Shown: positions 11,612 through 25,025, numbered from the stretch's first letter. The stretch: DNA of 64,000 nucleotides from Cyanophora paradoxa CCMP329 (GCA_004431415.1 QPMI01000420.1:62001-126000); one strand, 5' to 3'. Notes: generated from the letters alone by a model not told the origin. Numbers and translations are program-made.

Positions 11612-14600
11612 ATGGAGGCCGGCGGGGGCGACGCGGCCGCCGAAGCTGCGCTCTCGCTCGCGTGGTCCGCGCTGGAGGAGCGGGAGAGGAAATCCTCGCC
11701 CTTCGTCCTGCTCCAGGAGCGGCACCGGAGGCGGCGCGCCGGCGAGTGCGTTCTGGAGGCGGTCGAGTCCGCATTCTCCGCGGGCATCGACTACTTCCTC
11801 ATCGTCGGGCGGCGCGCCCCGCCCCCGCCGCCCGCCGCGCCGCGCGCGGGGCGCTGAAGCAGTCCGGCCCCGGCGCGCAGGCGGTACCGCCTGCGCGTGA
11901 GGGACGATGAGGACCTGCCGCGATGGCGCGGGATGCACCTGCAGCTCCGCCTCACCTTCGCCGGCCCGCCCCGCCCCGCCCCGCCCGCTCCGCGCCGCCC
12001 CGCGCCCGCCTCTCCTCTCACGCCCGCCCCGCAGACGACGGGAGCGAGGTACCCGGGCCCGACGACCACTGGGGCGCCCTCCTCTCCTTCGAGGCCGATG
12101 ACGGTACCCCGGGGAGCGAGGACGGCGAGAGCGCGCCGGTACCCCGTACCCTCCCCCCGCCCCCGTCCGCCTGCTCGAGCCCACTTCGCTGCTGCAGGTC
12201 GTACCCCTGTGCATTGGGCACGACGGGATCAGCGAGTCCTTCGGAATTGGTGCGCATACCCCCTGACCCGACCCCCGCGCCCTGCTTATCCCCCCCCCCC
12301 TCCCCGCCCTTTTCTCCCCCCTTCTCCCCCCCGCGCAGCCGCTTCGTCCCAGTGGCACGCGAACCGCTCTTTCAGGTGGGTCCAGTCTCAAATCCCGCGG
12401 GCGCCGTTTCCGCCTCGAGCCGACTTGTCGCCGCAGGCTCGTTGTTGAGACCGCGGGCGGCGGCCCCGCCATTGTCGGGATCGTATTGCGGTACCCCCCG
12501 CTCCTCTCGAGTTCTTCCCTTGTTTTCCACTGATTCACGTATATGCAGAACGATGACTCACGTCTCGAGCGTTGGACCGTCGCGCCATCGGGCGCGGAAA
12601 CGCCTGGACGGGGGTACGGCGGACGGGGCGGAGGGGTACGCCCTTCCGGGTGGCCCGCCCTCGGTTCGCGCCTCCTGGGACCCCGCGGACTCGCGCGAGT
12701 CGCCTCTACCCTCCCTGCCGGGTTGGGCTGTACCCCGCCCCGCCCCGCTGGCGCCCGTCGGCTGGGACGCTCCGCTCGCCCCCCCTTCCACTGCGGCCGC
12801 GCCGGCCGCAGCTCTGAATCTCGACCCGACCGTCGCTTCTTCCCTGGATCTAATTCTCCCCCCGGCGCCGCTCCAGCCGCCCGCCCCGCTCCTGCCCCCC
12901 GCCCAGCCTCCCGCCGCGCTCCTCGGCTCCTCGATCACCGCCGAGGCTCCGAGCTCCATTCCGCCCCTGGCCCCGCCCCTCCGCCCGCCCCCGTCATCCT
13001 CCCCCCCGCCCGTGCCCGGCGGCAGTCGCCACTCGTGCGTAGGGCCCCCCCTCGGCGCGCCCGCGCCTCTTCGCCCGCCGGCCCTAAGGCCGCCCCGCAG
13101 GCCGCCCGGGGGCGCCCTCCGCCTGCCCTCGATCCCGGAGGTCCCCTCGGAGTCCGCCGAAGCCGCGGAGGAGGCGGCCGCGGCGTTCGTGGCCGCTGTA
13201 GCGGCCCTCTCCATAGAGAGCTCCGAGATAGTGGGACCCGCCCTCGCCGCCTCCGCCTCAGCCTCCGCCCCCGCCTCCGCCTCCGCCGCCGCCTCCTCCG
13301 CCTCCTCCGCTGCCGGAGGGGCGACGTCATCAACGAAGACACCAGACGCACCCGCCCCGCGCCCCCCGCCCCGCCTGGTGCGCCCCCGCACCCCCTCCGC
13401 CCCTGTAGTACCCCCGCCTCAGCGCTCGCAGGGCCCCTCCTACCGGCACGCCGACGCCGAGGCCCGCGACGTCGCCCTGGTACCCCCTCCCCGTCCTTCT
13501 TCCTCCCCCCCACCTCCCCTCACCTGTACCCCAGGCGGGCGTGTACGCGGCGGAGGCGGCGGCGACGGCGGCGGCCAAGGCCGCGGGGCTCTCGCACCCC
13601 GCCTCCGCCGACGTGCGCCGCACCGCCCCCGCCCCTTCCTCTTTTGGTGTTCTTCGTTGACCCTGCCGCCTTGCCAGGACATTGCGGGGTGCCGGGCGGG
13701 GCGGGCGGAGCAGTGGGCCCGCCTTCAGAGCGGCCTCCGCGGCCTCGCCTGGGTGCGCCGCCCCCCGCCCCCGGGCCCGGCCCCGCCGTGCTGAGGGGCG
13801 CGGGGGTAGGCGCTGGCGGGAGCCGAGGTCCTCGACACCGACCTCTTCCGCACCCGCGACGGTACCCCCCGCTCTCTCCCCCGCAGGGCTAGGCGGGGAC
13901 AGATTTAGAGGGGAGGCTGGGCGAGCGTGAAGGGCTTAAGCGCCCTCTCCTCCCCCCTTCCGACTCTTCCCCCCCCCCTCTCCTTCGTTCGCAGGGACGC
14001 TGGAGGCGCGGAGGGCCCTCGAGGACCTCCGCCTCTCCGGCTCCCAGGAGCTCGTGCGCGGCTCTTCGCGTACCCCTTCCGGACGAGAAACCGCGTACCC
14101 CGGTCCGAACGCTTCCTCCCCCGCAGATGGACATGGTGCTCGACACGTGGCGGCTCCACATCCTGCGCGTCCCCGACGAGCTAACGAAGTGCGCTGTGTC
14201 CCCGCTCTATTCAGTTTGATGTTGAGGTCGTGGGGGTACAGGGAGGATGCCGTCCTGCTGGCGGAGCACGCGTGGGGGCTACTGCAGATCGTCTGCGGAT
14301 GGGTATGGAGACGCGCGCCGGCCGTGGATGCGTACCCCCCACCCGCATCTGGATCGAATCCCGGCGCGCAGGATCCGGGAGCGGACTGGACGTTGCTGCC
14401 GGTTAACAGGGACTACGTTCTTACGGCGCGCCCCGTACCACCCTCTCTCCTTCCCCCGTCGGGCGCTGATCGGGTTGCGGGGGTACAGCTCCTAGAGAAG
14501 GTCGAGAGGGTACTGGCTCCGTACGTCGAAGAGTCCGGTCCCGTACGCGGCGATGCTGTACCCCTCAAACCCCGCCAGCCGGCTCGGGCCGACCAGGGGG

Positions 14601-16681
14601 GGGTGCGCAGGACGCGGACCCCGCGCTCTTCGCGAGGACGGCGGCGGCCCGCGCCCGCGCCCTGGAGCAGGTCCGCCAGTACCCCCTTCCCCCTTCATTC
14701 CGTAGCCCCCTCGAGCCCGCTCCGCTACCCCAGATCGGGGACGGGGAGGCGGCGGCGGCGGGGTACTTCGAAGCGTGGGCGGCGCTCATGCGCGCGGGGC
14801 TCGCCCCCTCCCGCCGCGAGGCCGCCGTCCTCCAGCCCCTCGTCGACCTCCTCCGTACCCCCCTCCCGCTTCCCCCCCCCCCGCGACTCCTAGGAGCCCG
14901 ACTCGGCCGCAGTTCGGATGCCGGCGAGGGCGGACCTCGGTGCCCAGCTCTGCGACCGCCTCTACTGGTGCCCCTACCCCCCCTCCACCTCACCCCGTCC
15001 CCTTCGACTAACGATTAACTACCCCCCTCAGGTTCGAAGAGTCCGATGAAGACCGGTACGGCCAGTCGCTGGCCCTCCAGACCCTCGGTACCCTCCGCCG
15101 CCCTCTTCCCCTCTCCCTCGACCCTTCTGACGTTGATGTCCCCCCCCAGCCGCCCGGCACCAGCTGCGGGGACAGCTGACCGAGGCCGCAAACCTCCTCA
15201 CCGAGGTACCCCAAACCCGCTTCTTCGTACCCCCCGCCTGGTCCCGTGAAACGGGTACGGGTTCCAGGCCCTTGGGCTCGTCGCGCCTCTGTCGCCAGGG
15301 TACCGAACGCACGCCTGGCAGCTCCACCAGGCGCGCACACCCACTTCCCCCCTCTTTCTTTCTTTCGGCTAATGCATTTCTCCGCAGTCGCTCATGGCGA
15401 TCTCACTCCAGCGCCTCGACCTGCCCGCCGCTTACCGGGTCCGATCCCGTACCCCCCGGACCCTCCGCCCCGCCTGCCGTCGGCCGCCGCCGACGTGGCC
15501 GGCAGCACGCGAAGCGGGGGTACGCGCTGCTGGCGGAGTCGGCCCTCCCGAGCGCGCCGGACGCCGACTCGACCTTCGCAGCCACCCGCCGCGCGGTGCG
15601 CTTCGCGGGGCGCGGGAGGGGGGTTCGAAGCGGGGCGGGGCCCGGCGGGCGCTCGGAAAGGGGTAGAGGTTGTGGGTGAGCGTTTTTCGCAGCGCGGGAA
15701 CGTCGGGAGCGCCCCGGGGGGCGGGGTCACCCCCAAGGGCCCCAACCCGGCGACACCGGCCGCGATCGCGGGCTCGGATTCCGCGAGTCCGGAGCCCCCG
15801 CCCCCGTGCGCCGCCCCGCCCCGCCCCGCCCCGCCCCGCGCCTAAAACTGCCCCGGCGGGAGCAGAGGCCCCGTCGTCGAGACGGTCCAGAACGTCGTCC
15901 GCGTCCTCTTCGTGCGCCGCCGTACCCCCCTCCGCAAAGCGGGTACCCCGAAGGGGAGACCCTGATCCCGCGGGCAGCTGCTGGGGTCGGAGACGCAGCG
16001 GGCGGCGCCGCTCATAGAGGGGCACTCGCTGTACCAGGTCAGCCGCCGGGCGATCAAATTTGAATTTGATCTCGAATTTGATCCCCGCGGGCGCAGGCGG
16101 GGCTGGCGGAGATGGCGGCCGGGGCCCACCGGCGGGCCCTCGAGTCGCTCGAGCGCGCCGCCCGCGCCCTCTACAGGCGGTTTCCGGTACCCCCTTCCTC
16201 CTCCCCCCCTCCCCTGTCCGCTCCCCGCCCGCCCACAACTCTCCCGCCCGCCCCCTTTCGCAGGCCTACTTCCCCCCCCAGTCGCCCCGGGTACGGCAGC
16301 TCAACATGGCCATCGGCGAGTGCCGCGCCCGCCTGTACCCCGGCAAGGTCCGTCGAACCCCTGTACCCCCGCTGCCTTCGGTTCCTCGATGAGATGAGAG
16401 TCCGCTCGGCAGGCCCTGGCGGCGTCGGCCGCGGGGGGCGCTGGGCCAGAGCCCCTCCCCACCGAAGAGGGAAGGTCCGCGGGGCCCTGTACCCCCCCGC
16501 TCCGTCTCCCCGGGCCGGGCCGGGCCTCACCCGCGCGTCGCAGGGGGCTTTTCTCGTGCACGTCGTGCGGACCCTTCCTGTAAGCCCTCCCCGGGATCGC
16601 GTCGCGTGGAACAGTCAGCTGGAATATTTCTCGAGCTCTGGTTTTGGTCATTCGTGTTACATAATCTCATATGCATACTAG
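11612..16681 (+). CDS. Large multi-exon hypothetical protein (helical/TPR-like C-terminal exons)
   Basis: Coding-like exons from MEAGGGDAAAEAALSLAWSALEERE... to GLAEMAAGAHRRALESLERAARALY|AYFPPQSPRVRQLNMAIGECRARLY, separated by GT..AG introns. No family recognised; end approximate. Confidence 0.4.
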
Positions 16682-17894
16682 TGAAATTTGATGTCATGTA
16701 TGCGCCTTTCTCTCCTGCAAAAAGGGCGGCCGCGGCTGGTGTCGCAATGCCTCGTCACTGGAATGCTCGCCTGAGCACAGCAGCTAGCGCTTGTCGCCAG
16801 ACGAGTCTGGAAAAAGATCCCGGAGTCCGGCTCCCCTAAAGGGCCTTCCAAGCTTGACGCTCATGTGTTTCGAAACTCAAAGACCTCGATGTGTTGGGAA
16901 AGCGCCTAGCTATAGATCTAGATGAAAACTCGAGCTCTCTCCAGACTTGCCCACCGCTTCACTGCTGCTAGGATGCTCTCGCGTCCTTTGAATCCGCCGT
17001 GGCGCCCGCCGCGCTCGCGGCCGCCCCCGCGGCCGCCGACGCCTTCGCCGCCGCTGCAGCCGCTGCCGCGGCCTGCCGCCGCGCGACGATCCGCTGCGGA
17101 GCGCGCGGGGCTATCGTAAGCACGCATCTGGAGCGGAGAGTGGGGCGGGGAGGCGGACCTGGAGGAGCCTCCGCTGCTCGAGGCGCCACTCGACGGCGGC
17201 GCGCGCCGCCCGCCGCGCCGCGCAGGGGCCCCCCTCGTCCGCCAGCAGCCGCCGGTCCTCCTGCGGGGGGAAGGGAGGGGACGGGCCGGGGCGACATCGT
17301 CTTCAGGTCGAGGTGAGAGTGGTGAGGCAGAGCACTAGGCGAGCTCGAAGAATCGAGCGGTGTCCCCTTCCGATCATCCCTGGGGCGCAGAGCACAACCT
17401 TTCCTCTTGTTTCTATCGTTCGTCCCTTACGGGCTAGAGCGGCAGGGCGGGGGGCGGGCCGGGGCGACGCCGTCTTTGTGGGCGGCCGCAGCGACAGCGG
17501 GCGGGGGGCGGCCGGGCGGGCGGGGCGGGCGGGGCGGGCGCACCGCCTCGGAGCCGGGAGGCGCGCATGGGCGCCCTTGACGAGGCGCGCGAGGAGCACC
17601 GCCGCCCGCTGCCGGCCGGGCGCGCGACTCGCCATCAGCGAAGCTGCCGGGCGGGACGGGCCGCGGGGCGCGGGGCGGGGCGCTAGACATGCGGCTCCTA
17701 CGCTTTATTTGCACGGGATTGTAATGTAACTTCGAATTCATGAAATATATCCCTTTATAGTCGAAGGTAACGAAAAGCTTGCTCTCTATTTCAACGGGCT
17801 TGTCGCCGGGCGCGCGCGCGCGACTCGGCGAGGCGCGACGGGCCACCGCGCGCGGCCTATAAGCTTGAAGCTTTAAGCTTCAGAGCCTCTAAAT

Positions 17895-20086
17895 TTAAAT
17901 GATATAAGCACGGACCTGGGCAACGTCCGGCTTGACGCCCATCTTCCCCTCCGCCACGAGGCGCAGCCGCGCCGCCCACACCTCCTCGCCCTCCCCCTCC
18001 TGCCCCACGCCCCGCCCCCTCAAGAGCCGCCCCGAGCAGAGCAGAGCAGAGACGGGAGCTCTAGGGACAGAAGGGGCGCTGCGCGCACCTGCCGGCGCAG
18101 GCTCACGACGCAGAGCGCCCTGCACGCGCGGCGTCAGAAGGCGTGTCTGCGCCCGGGCGGCGCGGCCGCGCGCACCGCTTGAGCCTGAAGTTGGCCGCGC
18201 CATCCCCGCCGATCGCGAGGCCCCTGCGCGCGCGCGCGCTCGCTCGCTCGCCACGCACAAGCCAGGACGGGGGGAGGTGGGGAAGAGCGCTCACTTGAGG
18301 AGGCCCTTGTCCCTCAGGAGCGCCTCGCGCCGCGCGCGGTCATCCTCGCCCAGGCCCAGCTCCCGCCGCATCGGCTCCAGCAGCGCCTCCTCCGCCTTCA
18401 CCTGCCCCCCGGGTCGGCTCAGATCCGCTCAGATCAGATCGGATCGGATCGGATCGGATCGGATCGGATCGGATCGGATCGGATCGATCGGGTCTGATCT
18501 GACCTTGACGCGGTCGGAGGGGCTGTCGGGGATGACGAAGCCGTAGCTCTTGAGGAGCTGCCAGTTGTCCAGCGATGGCACGTACCTGCGCCCCCGCGCA
18601 AGGCGGTCAAGAAATTTTGACGCCGCCGTTCCAAGAACAGTCGCCGTTTAGGCTGGAGGGCGGGGCCGCGGCGGCGCGCGCGCACCGGATGAAGACCTGG
18701 TCCCCCTGGGCGATGTCGCGGCTCGCCCGGACGAAGAAGTGGTCCTTCTCGGCGTCGAAGGCGAAGCTGGGAACGGTGTCAGAAGGCGAGGGGAGGGGGA
18801 GGAGAGGGGGAGGGCGGCGTACAGGTTCTCGTCGGTGGGGTGGTGGTTGCAGAAGTCGAAAAGGGGTACCAGCGCGCAGGACTCGACGGCAGGCTGCTTC
18901 TCCTTCTCCTCCGGCCCGGGCGCCTCGGCCGACGCCGGGTCGCGCGCCTCGGCGTTGTCGCGGATCCGCCGCGCAGCGCCGTGCAAGGCGACCTGCCTGC
19001 ACCAGACGGTGGCCCTGGGGGGGCGCCGTCACGACGCGGGACGCGTACCCCCCCCCCCCAAGGGCTGGGGTACGCACAAGGCCCACTTGAACGCGTCGAA
19101 GGTGCTGTGGGAGGGGGGAAGCGTCTGCCAGGGGATGGCAGCCTCAGAGGGGGGTATGCGCGGCCGTGTGTGCCGGGGGGTACCTCGAGCTCGGCCTTCG
19201 CCTCTTCGTACACTTTCAGAAGCATATCCCGCGATTTGCGCGTGGCAGCTGCGGGGCCGGGCGCCAGGCTCGACGGAGGAAGGGGGAAGGCGGGAGGGGG
19301 GGGTACCCTGCCGGAGGGGGCACACGAGCAGCTCGATGTCCTCATCGCTGAAGAAGACGGGCAGGGTGTAGGAGCGCGGCAGGAGGTCTGCGGGCGAGGG
19401 CGCCGCCGCGCGCCGCGCTGTCAGAGAGAGGGGGAAAGAAGAGAGCGACGGCGCCGCCAGCCCGCGCCGGGATCCGCGCACCGAGGTACGGCCGCCAGAA
19501 GGACTCGGGGTTGGCGTCCTCCCTGAGGACAAGGAGCGCTAGGCGGCGCCCGGCGTCGAGGGTGCTCGCCGGCGGGCTGCGAGCGGGGCGGCCGGGCCCG
19601 GCCGCCGTCGGCGCGGGCGCCCGGCGCGCGTGCGGGCGCCGGCGGCGAGGAGCGCAACGCACGCGTCGGGGCGGTCTCGAATGAAGAGCTTCGAAGGGAT
19701 CACCGACAGCAGCTCGTCTTTCTGCGGCCGGGCGCCGGCGTTACGGGCGCGAGCGCAGCTGCTGCGCGCCCCCCCCGGGCCGCCGACCGCACCGCGATCG
19801 GCCTCGTCGCGCGCAAGCCCATACCCATCCCCGGATAGACGTGCGGCTCGACGCCGGCCGTCAGGTAGTCGACGCCGTTCTCCTTCAGCCAGAGCTCGAA
19901 GCGGGCGAGCTTCCCCGCGTACGAGGCATCGTCGCTGATGGAAAGGGACCCGAAAACAGCCGCCGCCGCCGCCACGCTGGCTCCGGCGTCCCCCGCTGGC
20001 GGGCACGGTTGGCTCCCGGGCGCCGCCGACGACGCCGACGGAGCTGAGTCGACGGCCGAACCGCAACCGTCGCCCGGCATCAGCAA
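17895..20086 (-). CDS. SET-domain lysine methyltransferase, Rubisco-LSMT/SETD3-like family (multi-exon)
   Basis: FELWLKENGV...GMGLRATRPI, LALLVLRE...SFWRPYL|DLLP, FKWAL, LVPLFDFCNH, FVRASRDIAQGDQVFI, NWQLLKSYGFV. Confidence 0.85.
18420..18500. repeat. (GATCG)n intronic microsatellite
   Basis: About 10 consecutive GATCG units inside a SET-gene intron. Confidence 0.9.
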
Positions 20087-20279
20087 GCAATACTCGGCCG
20101 CTGCCGCGCTTCAATCACTTCAGACCCAGGTCCCAGGTCCGGTTGGGGGTAAGACCCACTAGAAAGGGGGGGGGGGGGGGGGGGGAGCCTGTTTGCCGCC
20201 GCGCAATCGATGCCGCAGCGCCGGGCGATGGGCGGTCATGACGTATGCCATGCAGTCGGCCACAACTGCAAACGGTGCG

Positions 20280-20990
20280 CCGGAGGCGCGGCGGGCGGCG
20301 GCGCGGCTCTCCAGGCGAGGCGCAGGCGGCAGGCGGGCGGCGGCGCGGCTGTCCAGGCGGTGCAGAGGCGCGGCGGGCCGGGCGGCGGCGCGGCGGGCGA
20401 CGGCGCGGCTCGCCGGCAGGGGCGGAGGCGCGCGCGGCGGGCGGCGGCGCGGCTCGCGCCGCGGCGGGACGGAGTGGAAGCGTGGCCATGGGCGCGCGCG
20501 GCGCGCGCCCCGGCGGCGCCGGCGCGGCTCGCCGGCCGCGGGTGGGGCGGAGGCGCCGGGGGCGGCTGACGCTGCGCGGCTAGCGCTCGAGCTCGCTTGA
20601 TGGGGCGGGGCGCGCAGCGGGCAGCTGCGTGGCTCGCCGGGCGGGCAGAGCGCGGTAGGCCGCATGCGCAGGCGGCTCGCCGAAGGGCGGGGCGTGGGCA
20701 ACAGGCGGGCGGGCGGCGGCGCGGCTCGCCGGCGGGGGCGGAGGCGAGGCGGGCGGCGGCACGGCTCGCGGGACCGTCGGACGGGGCGGAGGCGCGGCGG
20801 GCGGCGGCGCGGCGGGCGACGGCGCCGCGGCGGGACGGAGTGGAGGCGTGGGCGGCGCCGGCGCGGCTCGCCGGGTGGGGCGGAGGCGAGGCGGGCGGCG
20901 GCGCGGCTCCGAGGCTCGCGGCCGGGCGGCCGCGGGGATGCGGCCGCGGGCGGCGCGGCGGGCGGCGGCGCGGCTCGCCGCCGGGCGGCC
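20280..20990. repeat. GC-rich degenerate minisatellite
   Basis: Many variants of GGAGGCGCGGCGGGCGGCGGCGCGGCTCGCCGG. gcggcgggacggagtgga recurs at ~20461 and ~20827. Confidence 0.75.
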
Positions 20991-21846
20991 CAGCCCTACA
21001 CCTAGCGAACGCTCAGCTGCTACCTTCAGATGCTGTCTTTCAGAGTCTGCCAGGCTTTACATTTAGACCCCACCTTGCACCGTGGCACATCCTGAGACGA
21101 GCAGGCCCCGGGGGGCCCTGAGGGGGATGGTGCGAGTCGAAGACCTAGTTAAATCAGGCGGAATTCGAAACAGCTAGGCTTGACTCAGCCTGGCTCAGCC
21201 TGGCAGCCTGATTACTATTGGAATCAGGCGTTTTTTTGGTGAATTAGCTCAGCGGCTTGGGTGCAGCCTGGCATGGAGTCCAGGCTGGAGTTGCGAATTC
21301 GAATTCGAAGAACCTGGAGCTCATGATCATGATGATCATGAAGACTATTCATCCGCGCGCTGCTAAGAGCTTGCAATTGTTAAATCTTGCCGCAAAAAGA
21401 AGAAGCCCCGCTCTAGCCGTGCGGTTGTTACTCACACTTGTCATTTCGAATTTCATGCATTCCATGCATGCAATTCCGATCGTTCATGCCCTACCTTGTC
21501 TGTACACGCCCTCGCAGTGCTGAATTCGAAGTGGACTAGCTATAGAGGCTGTGGATGGTAATTCAATAAACAAAAAAATTGACTGCAGCTGGCTGAATGA
21601 TGTCTAATTATATATAAAATCGATACCATGATCAGGATATCATGAGCGTCCGAAAACAAAACGCCGACTGAGCTCTAGCTAGCGCTATAGATTGAAGATC
21701 CGATGATCGATATATATATATCTGCATTGAAGCCTAAAAAAAATATATGCATATATGCTGTAAATTGGAACGAAAATTTGAAGCTGTAGCTAGATCATCG
21801 AATCACAATGGCGTGTTTTCGAACTATAACGTCACTGCTCAAATGA

Positions 21847-23752
21847 CTACTGCAGCTGCTTGCGCTGAACATCCTGGGCGCCCTTGACGCTCGTCTCCGT
21901 CGGCATGCCGTAGAGGGCGTAGACGAGGTGCGAGCCGAAGCCAGCAGCGAAGCGGAGGACGAACTTCGCGTCCGTCTTGCCGCCGGTGCTGACCCGCACC
22001 GCCCCGAGGCGCTCGTCCGGCACGTGGTGGTGCGCAGCCGGCGGGAGCTCGCCCCGCTGCAGCGTGCTTGCGGCGAGCACGTCTGCGGGCGCGAGGCATC
22101 GGTCAGTGAGCCGTTAATATAATTATAATATCAATATATATATTGCCTTCGAATTCCTCGCGATTCGAAAACGGCGAGCGCCAGCGAACCTTCGTAGCCG
22201 ACGGCCATGGCGTGCGCGACGAGGCTCTTGGCGGAGGCGAGGGTGATGCTCTTGACGCTCTCCTCGCCGAACGCGGTGCGCAGCGCGTCGACCTCGTTCT
22301 TGGAGCAGCCGCCGTTGACGTGCGTGAAGGACTCGTGGGCGAAGTAGACGAGGCCGCCGTCGATCAGCTGCTTGCGCGTGATGCCGTGCATGTGCTCCAC
22401 GCGGTCGAGGAACGCGTTGAGCTCGCGGGCGATGTGCGCCCCGTCCATCGACGTCGCGTGGAAGCCCGAGTTGGCGATGTGGGAGCCAATGAGACGGCAG
22501 ACGGGTGCCGCCTTTCGCTGCGCCGCAGCCTCCGCCGTCTCAAGCACAAGGGCGCAGGCGCCCGAGCCGAGAACCATCCCTGCGCATGCGTCAACCATCG
22601 GCCATAACTTTCAAGTTATTTATAAGTAGATGAGAACATCTGGCATCAGTGCTAGCCATCGCGATCATGCCGCCACGCGTACGTATATACGTGAGCGCAC
22701 CGGAGCGACGCGCGTCGAATGGCGCGCATGCAGAATCGACATCGGGAGCCGTCGAGGCGGCGCCGAGCGCCAGGAAACCCGTTCCAATGTACGGGAGTGT
22801 GTTGCGTGTCGTTGGGTTGTCGCCGCTGATAACGATGACCCGCTCACATCGCTTCGTGCGAATCCAATCTGACGAAGTACGAACGTCTCAGCCATATATA
22901 TATATAATCATGATCATGATCGATATCGTGAGTACAATATATACATATATTGCCGTTTAATTTATTTATCGTCAGTCGCCTACCCTCGGCGAGAGTGATC
23001 GCTGCGGTCGTGCCGGCGCATGCGGTGTTGAGGAAGGAGTTCGGTCTGGAACCCGAATATTAAAATATTATGATCAGATACGCGGAAGGTCTCGCATATA
23101 ATATATATGTATAATCAACAAGTTCGAATTCGAATTCGAATTCGCACCCATGGGCATGAATGAGCTGCGCCAGTTGCTGGTTTGCGAGGACCAGCACGCG
23201 CATCAAAAGCTTCTTGTCGAACGTGTAGCCTTCCGCGGGGCGTTTCTTCGCGTCGATGTCTAGCGTAGCCAGCAGCTTTTCCGCCTGCTCAGCACTGCGC
23301 ATGAGGTCATAAGAGCACGTGGCAAATTTTTAAAATCGATCGCGCGAATGCGTGCGCACGACAGCGCCTCGCGGATGCGCTTCTCTGCAAGCCGCATGGC
23401 AGCATCGAAAGCCCCATTCGAGACGCGCGCCTCTGTGCACTTCGTCACCTGCGCACGTACGCGTGCGACAAAGCTTATATATGTAATTAAGTGCAGTGTT
23501 GCGCATACTCACGCACCTCGTGAATAAGCGAATCCAGTGCTGGGAAGCTTGACTGCGTGCAGGGATTACGTCAGAGCATGCCCATGTTTTCGTGAATTAG
23601 AGTATTTATATTACATATATTATGTGATATATTTAAAAGCCTGATTCAAAGGGAGCACATGCGCGCACCGCGAAAACCACGCCTGTCGTGCCACGGAACT
23701 CCTCCTTAAGGATGAAAGGCGAAGGGGCGTCCTTGCCTCGCGCGGAATCCTT
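21847..23752 (-). pseudogene. Beta-ketoacyl synthase, 3' part (allele disrupted by the viral insertion)
   Basis: Exons TGVVFA|SSFPALD, FDKKLLMRVL, NSFLNTACAGTT (catalytic Cys), PFDARRSG|MVLGSGACALVLE, YFAHES (His), AKSLVAHAMA (His), FAAGFGS. Confidence 0.85.
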
Positions 23753-24060
23753 ACACATATACAACGCCCGGCTTTTAGACCTCGGCTAATTTAAATTGAT
23801 ATCGTTAGTATATAACCTGTATTTATAATATATCTATCGTGAATATGTGTGTATTTTATCGGTGATATGTATTTATTTTATCGTGAGTTATAGCTTCTTT
23901 TTAATAAAATATGTGAAATATGTATAGTTTATGTGAAGTTTAGCTATATTCTCGATGAGTAGACTTATATATATCGTGAGTTTCATTATAGTATAGGTGT
24001 GACTCAACTTAGTTTAATTATAACTTGCCTCAGTCTAAAAGCCGGGCGTTGTATATGTGT
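23753..24060. repeat. Terminal ~308-bp unit bounded by a perfect 28-bp inverted repeat (mirrored at 50839-51146)
   Basis: ACACATATACAACGCCCGGCTTTTAGAC at 23753-23780; exact reverse complement at 24033-24060. Confidence 0.95.
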
Positions 24061-24223
24061 GTTGTTCTGAATTTTCAATGCATAAACGACTATCACGCGC
24101 CGTTTCATCAAAAACAACTACCATGAGCTGCATGGAACGTTCTGTATGCGGCTCTCTATAAAACAAAGTAGACCTATGATATATTATGATTGATTCTTTT
24201 GTTTTTTAATTGGTCTTATTCAG

Positions 24224-24595
24224 TGTTACAGGTGTTACAGGTTTATCCCAAAGTCCGCCCTAGGAGTGGGGTCTTGGTTCCCGAGTTTGGGCAAGACCTG
24301 TAACACCTGTAACAACGTAAACAATTATCGTGTGCTGCATAAAACATTTCGCGCGCATCGAGAGTATGTGATAGTGAATAGTTTCGCACTGAAAACGATA
24401 TGAAATTGATCGTTATAATACAAAAAGAATTACTAATGATATTACTATGATATATTAAGACTGATATTTTGTTGTTTTAATAGGTTCTTACTGAAATAGG
24501 TCAGTGTTACAGGTGTTACAGGTTCATCCCAAACTTTGCCCTAGGAGGGGGTGGGGGACAGGAAACTTTGGGATAGACCTGTAACACCTGTAACA
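24224..24595. repeat. Two 91-bp iteron palindromes in the left TIR (24224-24314, 24505-24595)
   Basis: TGTTACAGG x2 - CCCAAA...CCTAGG...TTTGGG - CCTGTAACA x2. Confidence 0.9.
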
Positions 24596-24753
24596 CCTTA
24601 CTGAGAATCTATAAATTCACTTGTAACACCTTGTTTTATGATTGTTATCAGTCTCAGGATTGAAAAGCCCCGCCCACTATGCAAGATACATGCCTTTCTT
24701 ATGCATGATCTATGAAAAATAACAATAAACCCATCTCTCATTCTTCGAATTCT

Positions 24754-25017
24754 TCACATAGGAGCACTCACAGGAATTTCGCTTGCCTTTCGAACAGTCC
24801 CCCGATTAAACGCTTGCTCTACAATCGCTTCCTTTGTGAGTGGAATCGGAATTCCAGCACCAATACACGATTTAACTTCTTTGTCCACAATCTCATCAAT
24901 CGCGATTCTCGCCCTATTATGAGCCGCATTATCGATCCAATCCTGAACAGAGTAGGCACAGTATTCCATTCCCAGTTTTTCAGTATCAGTTAGAACCACT
25001 TGGTAGATGTTCGACAT
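24754..25017 (-). CDS. Small phage-like protein, putative partner/chaperone of the C1q fibre
   Basis: 87-aa ORF (LTDTEKLGMEYCAYSVQDWIDNAAHNRARIAIDEI) starting 8 bp after the C1q gene. Resemblance to small phage proteins that follow C1q fibre genes is from memory. Confidence 0.7.
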   Translation of the reverse strand: MSNIYQVVLTDTEKLGMEYCAYSVQDWIDNAAHNRARIAIDEIVDKEVKSCIGAGIPIPLTKEAIVEQAFNRGTVRKASEIPVSAPM

Positions 25018-25025
25018 TCTTTTAC

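Larger units (their letters stand above)
23753..24693 (+). repeat. Left terminal inverted repeat (~941 bp)
   Basis: Reverse complement of 50207-51146. By eye only one indel (caaaaagaatt vs caaaaaaatt). Confidence 0.95.

Noticed and set aside
20110-21150. Helitron-like element (GC hairpin then CTAG-T near 21102-21148)
   Set aside because: The hairpin is imperfect and too far from CTAG, there is no defined 5' end, and no second copy is visible.
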